Source: an uncultured virus (IMG/VR IMGVR_UViG_3300020438_000022)
Lineage: Duplodnaviria > Heunggongvirae > Uroviricota > Caudoviricetes
Virus record (IMG/VR): IMGVR_UViG_3300020438_000022
Reading direction: 5' to 3' (one strand)
Length of the DNA stretch: 64,000 bases
Shown in pieces: positions 31,022 through 39,300 of this stretch; positions within the stretch are counted from its first letter, which is position 1; the number at the start of each line of letters is the position of its first letter. The notes beneath the pieces were generated by a model, which was given only the letters and a program-made list of their open reading frames with translations, was not told where the DNA came from and did no database searches. Both the position numbers and the translations under genes were made by a program.

Positions 31022-32440
31022 TTAAGGAGTACTGCTTGGGGTTGGAGATATTGAAGTTGTAGGAGTAGGAGTAGGAGGACTGCCTGTAGTAGGCTTATTA
31101 AATACTAAACTAACCCAATTAGCATCGGTTACAGATCTTTGTGTCCAAGTGCTACCGTCAGCAGAAGTTAATACAACAGTACCTTGACCTACCACAACAA
31201 ATAAACCTTCATCATAAATTATTTGATTCCATAATCCAGAAAGGATAGTAGATTCAGACCAAGTTGTGCCATCAGATGATGTTGCAAAGTATGAATCATT
31301 ATGAGGTACAACTACATACTTACCATTACCATAAGCGACAGATTTCCACATCCTACTACTTGGTAAAGTATTAGTAGTCCAACTAGTACCGTTAGTCGAT
31401 TCCAGTATTTTGTCTGTATTTGATGCAACCGCAATAAATTTATTACCACCATAAATAACGTCTTTGTAATTTAATGAGTCGCTAAAAGTTCTTGAGGTCC
31501 AAGTAGATAAATCAGTTGAGGTTTCATAATTATTAGTATTAGACGCTACAACAACATAAATACTATTTCCATAAGCAGAAGACAACCAATTTTCGTTATT
31601 TCCTAATGTGGCAGATACCCATGCATATCCGTAAGTAGAAGTTAAAGCAGTAGTGCCATCTCCTACTACTAAAAACTTATCTTTTAGATAACTAATATTA
31701 TTCCAGTAGCCTGTAGTACCTAAATCAAATTCGTACCAATTAGTACCATTGTAAGACTTAGTAGCAGACGAAGTATTGTATGCTACTGCAATAAATTTAT
31801 TAACACCATATGTAATCTTTGTCCAAAGTCTCGAAGCAGGTAATGTGAAATCTGACCAAGATGTTGCATTACTAGATTTCATACCGTCGTTAGAATCATA
31901 GACTACTGCTACATATAAAGGATTCACATTCGCTGTTGGACTAGGAGTAAACGATGGAGTAACCGTTAGAGATGGAGTTACGGGCATTGTAGCTGTTTGC
32001 GATGGGGTAACAGGCATTGTAGCTGTTTGCGATGGGGTAACAGGCATTGTAGCTGTTTGCGATGGCGTAACAGGCATCGTAGCTGTTTGCGATGGGGTGA
32101 AAGATGGAGTGACTGTGTTAGTAGGTGTTACTGATGGTGTTTCAGATACAGATACCGTAACTGAAGGAGTCACAGCAGGAGTAGCAGTTTGAGAAGCAGT
32201 GAAAGAAGGTGTCGGTGTAGGCGTCGATGTTTGATAAAAATTAAAACTAGGAGTTTGAGTAGGAGTAACTTCAGGGTTTTCTACTACACAAAATTCATTT
32301 GCTGCAATAACTCCACTTAATTTAAAATTATAATTTTCAGCACCATTATATGTGATATCTACTTCAGCGCCATCATAGACCTGAGAATTGAAAATTAATT
32401 CACCTAATTTCTTTTTTGGATTACTATTATTACAACTCAT
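31022..32440 (-). CDS. Thr/Pro-rich linker plus beta-propeller (S.DG.TW repeats) adhesin-like protein
   Basis: About 110 aa of TPS/TPT repeats, followed by blades 'W..(I/V).YG.(N/G)K(F/Y)(I/V)(A/V)V......S.(D/N)G..W'. Confidence 0.8.
   Translation of the reverse strand: MSCNNSNPKKKLGELIFNSQVYDGAEVDITYNGAENYNFKLSGVIAANEFCVVENPEVTPTQTPSFNFYQTSTPTPTPSFTASQTATPAVTPSVTVSVSETPSVTPTNTVTPSFTPSQTATMPVTPSQTATMPVTPSQTATMPVTPSQTATMPVTPSLTVTPSFTPSPTANVNPLYVAVVYDSNDGMKSSNATSWSDFTLPASRLWTKITYGVNKFIAVAYNTSSATKSYNGTNWYEFDLGTTGYWNNISYLKDKFLVVGDGTTALTSTYGYAWVSATLGNNENWLSSAYGNSIYVVVASNTNNYETSTDLSTWTSRTFSDSLNYKDVIYGGNKFIAVASNTDKILESTNGTSWTTNTLPSSRMWKSVAYGNGKYVVVPHNDSYFATSSDGTTWSESTILSGLWNQIIYDEGLFVVVGQGTVVLTSADGSTWTQRSVTDANWVSLVFNKPTTGSPPTPTPTTSISPTPSSTP
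31971..32098. repeat. 30-bp coding tandem repeat, about 4.3 copies (SQTATMPVTP)
   Basis: GATGGGGTAACAGGCATTGTAGCTGTTTGC units start at 31971, 32001, 32031 and 32061, with a partial unit at 32091. Confidence 0.92.
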
Positions 32441-32460
32441 TTTTATCTCTTTAATCTATT

Positions 32461-35400
32461 TTAGTTACCATCTGTAATTTCTTCCTCGTCATTAATCGTC
32501 CAACCATTTTGTAGTAATTTAAATTTATTTAAACGTGAAGCTAATGTTGTAGGTTTATTATTAGGTAGGTCGATTTTGCAGTTTCGAGCTAAACAGTTAG
32601 AGTTATTAGCCCAGTTTTGAAGCAGATTATCGTAATGAACATCGGTAATACTGGTGTCTGTTAAAAAGCGATCTAAATCTCTATCGCTATTGACTCCACT
32701 AAAGTTCCAATGAGTACCTAAATCTTGAGAAAAGCTCGTTGCCCCGAGAAACATGCTTCCAAAATTGTTTACATTACTAACGTCCCAACCTGTAATACTA
32801 GGATCATTAAAGTTTACAGCTCCTGCAAAAGTACCATACATACTTGTTACTGCAGAGGTGTTCCAATTAAGAGGTTTATTAAAGTTTGTAGCGTTCTGGA
32901 AAGCACTATTAAGACTTGTGATATTAGTAATATTCCAGTTACTAATATTAGAAGAATTAAATAAAGTACAATCTTTAAAAACATGCTCTAAACCTTCCGG
33001 CTCCCAATCATAAGTAAAAGACACAGGAACACTAACTAAATTACGCAATCCTTCAAAACACAATTGTTTAATAGTATGAGCTCCAAAAGTTAATACTTTA
33101 GTGATCATCTGGTCTCCATAAGTGAATCTAGCATTTAAACCAAAACCATACCCGCTATCAATACCGTCCCGACCTATCTCTAAAGCGCCTCTTTTGTCGT
33201 CCGGAAAACCTTTTTTACTCATCCCAGGTATTGTCACTTTAGCACTTACGAAACCTCTAAAATTACTTTCTGTATGATTAGATCCTCCCAAAACACTTAC
33301 ATATAACAATCCATCTCTAGTGACGTACTGACTATTTTGTATATAGCCTCGTTCAACAGAGTTTTTCGAAGAACTATATGATTCGAAATTAGTTTTGTAA
33401 TCAATAGTATCTGTATTAAGATCGAACATATCACCAGTATCAAACCTTTTTCTAATATCAGTAACGGGTTGAGAATATGTGACTATATAGCCACTAGTGG
33501 ATGTTGGAAAGATGTCCTCATTAAGTCTAGTATTCCAACCCAAAGTAAAGCCAGCAACAAGAAGGCTATACTGATTACCAAATGTTCTAGAAGGTGATGC
33601 ATATTGATTTTCGAGACTATTATTACTCAAAAGCAAACTATACCTACCCCACCAAGCATATTGACCCATGCTTCTATAAGCATATACTCCTTGGTTCAAC
33701 GCCTCGTTGAGGCTAGTGGTTGGCCCAGCACCAGGACTGGCGGAGAGAAATAACCCATCATCTATCTGACCCGTGGCCATATCAGTAATTTCTTGTATGC
33801 TAGGAACATACATATACTTTAGTTCATCAAAATCTTCATCAGTTTCACTAGCATTCACAATAAAATCAGACTCACTGCCTGCATAATAGTTATTTTTGTT
33901 TGCTTGTGTCATCAGTGTCAAGAATCTTGCTCTTTGATTTTGTCGACTAATGTTTTGATTACTACTAAGCTGATGTACTTTAAAAACTGCAGGTTTAGAA
34001 AATATATCCTCTACTGTAGTGTATAAAGGCATCTCTGTGTCTAATATAAAAATAGCATTATTTTGATCTAAAGGAGTTAAAGTTTGAGTAGGAGTATATG
34101 TATGAGTAGGTGTGAAGCTTTGCGATGGTGTGTGCGTAGGAGTGTACGTAGGAGTAGTTGCTGGCGTAGCACTCATAGTATAAGTAGGTGTAGGTGTTAA
34201 TGTTTCTGCTGGTGTAGCAGTAAAAGTCTGTGATGGAGTAACAGTAAAGCTAGGTGTTGGAGTTAAAGTTGCTGCTGGAGTTGCTGTAGGAGTGTAAGTA
34301 GGCGTTGAATTTGGAGTATGACTTACTGTTTGCGTCATTGTGTGCGTTGGAGTGTATGAAGGTGTTACAGACGCTGTGAAAGAGGGAGTAATTGTATATG
34401 TTGGAGTAAAACTTTGAGAAGGAGTATAAGTTTGTGTTGGAGTGTAAGAGGGAGTATAAGAAGGAGTTACAGTTTGTGTGTAAGTCGGAGTAACAGGTGG
34501 CGTATGTGTAGGAGTATGAGTCGGAGTATAAGATTGAGTAGGTGTATGTGTCTGAGTTATAGTAGGAGTTACAGCAGGAGTTGCGCTAACAGTTTGTGTA
34601 GGAGTATGAGATGGTGTTACTGTAAGTGTTTGAGTAGGAGTAAAGGTTTGAGTTAATGTTTGCGTAGGCGTATTTGTATAAGTAACTGAAGGAGTAACAG
34701 TTGTTGTATATGTAGGAGTAACAGTTGGTGATGCTGTATGAGACGGTGTGTAGGTCTGAGTTAATGTGTGTGTAACACTAGGAGTATTAGTGACTGTATG
34801 AGTTGGAGTTGAAGTGAACGTGGGTGTAACAGTAGGTGTTTGGGTAAATGTAGGCGTAAGTGTTGGAGTTGATGTAAGAGTAGGTGTAATAGACGGAGTT
34901 AAATTAGGTGTTGGTGTTATACTAGCAGTAGGCGTTAAAGTTTGGGTAGGAGTTGGTGTTATAAGTGCTAAAGAATCATTTAAGTTTACCATAGCTACAC
35001 GAGAAATTGATGCAGCTTCTACTTTGCTAGGTAGCTTTAGTGGATTTTCCAAAGGCAATTTAATACTAATATCATCGCCTTCAAAAGTTCTATTAAATTT
35101 AGCTACAATCTTGTCATTATACTTATATGTCCAATTATTACTTTTATCTAGCATAACATATCTTTCAGAAGCCTCTTGAGTAGGCAAGAAGCACTGTAAA
35201 GAATATGTAAATTCAAAGTTTCTATTAGAAGCAGCACTGCCAAAACCAGGTGATTGGGGAAAACTTTTTAATGCTAACTCTATTGTATTTTTATCTCTAA
35301 TTTCTAAAATAGTAGCTCCACCAGCTAAAACTTCAGGCTCAGCAATATCTTTAACTATCATACCCGGTTTTAAATCACGAGTATCAATATCAATTAATAT

Positions 35401-35835
35401 ACCGCCATTAGGACCTCTAGATTCTGTGACTGCAGAACTAGTCAAACCTCTGTAGTTACCTCTTCTGACTATTACTTCGGAAGGAGAACATACAACATTA
35501 TAGTAGTCTGTATATAGTATATTATTCGCAGTATCTTTAATATTTAGTTTAATTAAAGATTGACTTTCTCCTTGGTGGCTTGAAGTAACTTTAGCTACTA
35601 CCTGAGGAGTAAATTCGCTAACTTGATTAACAGTGTAGGTGTTTGGTGAGAGATCTACGTTAGCTTGGCTACTAGGAAACACAAATTCAGGTTCAAACTC
35701 TAGGACGTACGTAGATCTAGCTTCTATGTTAGGTGTACCACTTGGATCTGTTGTTTCAGAAAATACCTTATCAAAATTTAATAAAATTCCACATTCACAA
35801 TTTTGAATAGTATCACTATGTTGTTGAACTGTCAT
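32461..35835 (-). CDS. mucin-like Thr/Pro-repeat protein with C-terminal DUF285/BspA-like repeats
   Basis: About 300 aa of TPT/TPS/TQT/THT/TYT repeats. C-terminal FNKPLNWNTSAVTSMYGTFAGAVNFN..ITGWDVSNVNNFGSMFLGATSFSQDL. Confidence 0.85.
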   Translation of the reverse strand: MTVQQHSDTIQNCECGILLNFDKVFSETTDPSGTPNIEARSTYVLEFEPEFVFPSSQANVDLSPNTYTVNQVSEFTPQVVAKVTSSHQGESQSLIKLNIKDTANNILYTDYYNVVCSPSEVIVRRGNYRGLTSSAVTESRGPNGGILIDIDTRDLKPGMIVKDIAEPEVLAGGATILEIRDKNTIELALKSFPQSPGFGSAASNRNFEFTYSLQCFLPTQEASERYVMLDKSNNWTYKYNDKIVAKFNRTFEGDDISIKLPLENPLKLPSKVEAASISRVAMVNLNDSLALITPTPTQTLTPTASITPTPNLTPSITPTLTSTPTLTPTFTQTPTVTPTFTSTPTHTVTNTPSVTHTLTQTYTPSHTASPTVTPTYTTTVTPSVTYTNTPTQTLTQTFTPTQTLTVTPSHTPTQTVSATPAVTPTITQTHTPTQSYTPTHTPTHTPPVTPTYTQTVTPSYTPSYTPTQTYTPSQSFTPTYTITPSFTASVTPSYTPTHTMTQTVSHTPNSTPTYTPTATPAATLTPTPSFTVTPSQTFTATPAETLTPTPTYTMSATPATTPTYTPTHTPSQSFTPTHTYTPTQTLTPLDQNNAIFILDTEMPLYTTVEDIFSKPAVFKVHQLSSNQNISRQNQRARFLTLMTQANKNNYYAGSESDFIVNASETDEDFDELKYMYVPSIQEITDMATGQIDDGLFLSASPGAGPTTSLNEALNQGVYAYRSMGQYAWWGRYSLLLSNNSLENQYASPSRTFGNQYSLLVAGFTLGWNTRLNEDIFPTSTSGYIVTYSQPVTDIRKRFDTGDMFDLNTDTIDYKTNFESYSSSKNSVERGYIQNSQYVTRDGLLYVSVLGGSNHTESNFRGFVSAKVTIPGMSKKGFPDDKRGALEIGRDGIDSGYGFGLNARFTYGDQMITKVLTFGAHTIKQLCFEGLRNLVSVPVSFTYDWEPEGLEHVFKDCTLFNSSNISNWNITNITSLNSAFQNATNFNKPLNWNTSAVTSMYGTFAGAVNFNDPSITGWDVSNVNNFGSMFLGATSFSQDLGTHWNFSGVNSDRDLDRFLTDTSITDVHYDNLLQNWANNSNCLARNCKIDLPNNKPTTLASRLNKFKLLQNGWTINDEEEITDGN
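34070..34962 (-). repeat. degenerate low-complexity repeat encoding the Thr/Pro stalk
   Basis: Alternating Thr with Pro roughly every 6 residues. The DNA is dominated by GGAGT/AGGTGT/TGTGT on the + strand. Confidence 0.9.
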
Positions 35836-35844
35836 CTGTACTTC

Positions 35845-36369
35845 CTATGGACAAACATTACAAGGTATCGCTATAGTTTTTTCCGTTAAAGTATAATTAT
35901 CTGAAGAAACCGTAAATTTAAATATATTAATACTGTCAGCATCATTAATAGTTAAATTAACTGGAATGATTGCTTCTCTAAGTGTTGCGGTTTGTCCGCT
36001 TGGAATTCCATTTGTTCCAGATACGGTATAGTTTGTAAATGATGCAGAACTAATCGTACCAGAACCGCCATTGCCAGTTAATTCATCAAACGAAAAAGTA
36101 TATGTTTTAGGAGATGGTAAAAGATCTTTTACAGTAATATTCATTACGTCACCAAAACAACAAAAATCAGTAACATTAGGAAAAGTGATTGTAGGAGTAG
36201 GCCCAAAACAGACTGTTTGAGGTACAAATTCAACAAGTGTACCATCCATTAATTTTGTAAATAATTTTCCTGTAATACTATTCATTACTAATTCACCAAC
36301 ATCCACCTGTGCAGGATCAGGATTAGGTGACGAAGCTGAATTTTCTGTTCTTTTTAATAAAAGTTTCAT
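35845..36369 (-). CDS. short fibre-attachment-type protein with a Cys-containing C-terminal module
   Basis: N-terminal LLLKR......P......GELVMN..TGKLFTK is typical of phage fibre N-termini. Start re-called at 36369 (ATGA overlap). Confidence 0.7.
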   Translation of the reverse strand: MKLLLKRTENSASSPNPDPAQVDVGELVMNSITGKLFTKLMDGTLVEFVPQTVCFGPTPTITFPNVTDFCCFGDVMNITVKDLLPSPKTYTFSFDELTGNGGSGTISSASFTNYTVSGTNGIPSGQTATLREAIIPVNLTINDADSINIFKFTVSSDNYTLTEKTIAIPCNVCP

Positions 36370-39300
36370 GAACAAACTCCTGTGAATTGAATCTTACCGA
36401 AATCCCATATGCTAGTAACATCTTCAGTGTCAGATGGAGGTTCATACGGATCTGATCCTATACTCTCTATTTGTGTATAAGGTCCAAACCCATAAGAATT
36501 TTGAGCTTTAACCCTAAATAAATATCTAGGAGCATCTTGTATACCAGATAAAGTGGTTTTCTTTCCATCAGTAACTTCTGTATCATCTTCGATTGTAGGC
36601 GTTGGATATGTAGACCAAGTAGATGCGTTATCTGTACTGTATTCAATTACATAGTCTGTAAACGGAGAGCCAAAAGACGGTATAACCCATTTTATCATAG
36701 CTGACAATGTAGATCTAGTAGCTGTTAGATTTCTAACTTCTGAGGGATAATTGCTATTAGGAACAATTTGACTAGAACTCAGAGAAGGTTCTCCAGTGCC
36801 TACTGTGTTTACAGCAGATATTCTAAATATGTAAGTAGAACCATTTTGTAATCCAGTAAGACTAGCACTAGTGTCTATAGAACTTACTCTTTCGTATTTA
36901 GTCCAACTATCACCACCATCTAAAGAATATTCAATTATATAGTTTAGAACAACCCTACCTCCATCATTACTAGGAGCTAGCCAATTTAATGTAACTGAAG
37001 AGTTGCCGGTACTTCCTGTTACACTAGTTGGTTTACCTGGTACCGTAGCTGCTGTTTCAGGGACTTGTGAAATCACCTGACCTAAAGTATTAACAGTTAA
37101 CGGAGCATTAACTACATACGTACCATTGCCGCTTAAGTCTGGTTTAGGAGTAAAGTAAAGTTCTTGAGTAATTAAACCACTGGCATATGCATATCTGTTA
37201 ACAGTTAAATCGGCATAAGTTTGTAGTGCCTCACTACCACTAGTAACTGGATCTCCAATATTAAAAGGAGTATCGGTATTAATATATATTTTAGAAGTTT
37301 CATCAACATGAAATCCGCTAGGTAAACTTTCGCCCACATCTGTATACCCAGAAAACATTACGCCTGTCGCCATTGTTCCAGTAACAGAATTATGGATATT
37401 AGCATCAATCATAAAACCTGGTACTAAACCTACAGACTTACCTGATGCATCGACGCCATGGATCTCTGGCTCGTATCTATGAAAATCTGTCATCCTAGAA
37501 GGATATATGACAAAATCAATATTTTCTCCTAGTAAGTTAAAACTAGTAGAATAATCAGGACGAATACTAATGTGATTTAGGGTAGTTGGCTTGAACGCAT
37601 ATGGAGCAGCATCATTTTCCACCAAACCACCAGCACAAGTGAATCCACTGGTAGCTGCAGGGTCCATTTGCATGCTCATGTATGCACCCTTAGTTACCGA
37701 ATAAGCTAAACCACTCACAAAAGACAATCCGTTTTGTGGTCCCCAAGGTATAGATGGACAGACAGTAATGGTTGGTTTACCATCTTCTTCAGTAACAAAA
37801 TTAGCTGGATCAGGAGTAGCACCCGAACCGTGAATCACAAACATACCGTCAGAACCTTTAACATAGTAGGTCTCTGCGGTCATAAGATTGACTAAACCAA
37901 TAGTGTCTGTATATTTAAAAGCACCAGAAACTTCTTCGGCGCTGTTGCCAGAAAACTGTATTTTGTCATTGTATATCTCTACATTAAGTTTAGCTTCTCT
38001 TTCCCACAAAACACCTTCTGCATCTAAATAATTAGTAGGCGCCCATTCAGCGTAGCCTTCTCCTTGGTGTGTTAAAATATATCCGCTGTACAGCGGAATA
38101 TCTTCACCTATTTTAATTTTTGGAAGAGACACTTGAGTAGAACTTACAATCTCTCCAGAATCATATGTAATAGCAGAGAAAGTTTCAACATTCTTTTGGT
38201 CGGTTACATACAGCGGACTTTTCGAGTTTCCTCCTGGCATGTTCAAGACACCAGAAAGGAATTTAAATTGATCAGAAGAACCTGCTTCATGATCAGATAA
38301 CTTATAAATAACACTACCACTAGAACCAGGATAAGTAGCCGTTTCTACTCCCTCACTATTAATCTTAATAATATCTTCAGTTCTTACTTCAGATGCTTCA
38401 ATACCACTAACTTTAATAGGATAAGGAGAATATAATCTAATAAAACCATCTTGAGCTACTAAGTTTATATCTCCAGATTGACTAGATAAAGTAACTCCAG
38501 AATTGCTACTTAAGAAATTACCGTAAGTACCATCAAAATTAACATCATCCACGTCGACAGTAACATTATCTTGAGCACCTAAAGTAAATTTATACGAACC
38601 TCTTTCAAACTTAAATAAACCATCTAAGAATTCTATAGACTCAGCTCTACCATCTTTTCCAGTAGGACTAACAAAACTACCATCACCAACGTAAAGCTTA
38701 TCTGTATAAGTCCAACCACTTACGCTTAGGTTAGCAAATTCTTTAAAAGCACCTCCAATACCAGTAGATTCAAATACTGGGAAAGGATCATCTCGTTTGA
38801 TCATTATATTAGATGTACCAGATCTAATTGTGTATTCTTTGTATTCAAAGTAAGCAGCTTTATGCCATTCATGTATGTTGGGTAACCAATATTTATTATA
38901 TGAATTTTTGGTAACTTGATATGTATCTCCGCCCGTATTTATTAATGTGTACGAACCATCTTCAGTAGTATTTGAATTAACCGCACTACCTGTAGGAGCA
39001 CCATTGTGTAACCAGTTAGCAAATCTTAAACTAGATAAGTAATTTACAAACACTACAGGCTTATTGTCCATATCTGGTTTAGTATGATATGTGTAGGTTC
39101 CAGGAGAACCTGATCTTACAATACCTCCTACTTCCTCACCACTCATGGACGTCTGATATAAATTAAGGTTGTCTGTTGACGCTACAGCATTTAAAAATTC
39201 AATATATTGAGTATTAGTAACTTCTGTTTCAGATAGCCTATAGTTGTAATTAACAGTACCTAGATTATTGATGCCTGTAGCAAAAAGATTTAATCCGGTA

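Noticed and set aside
31971..32098. CRISPR-like array
   Set aside because: The 30-bp units are directly adjacent with no spacers and are in-frame coding.
34070..34962. TxT ice-binding beta-solenoid
   Set aside because: Frequent Pro and irregular period argue against a regular beta-helix. An extended linker fits better, though this was not tested.
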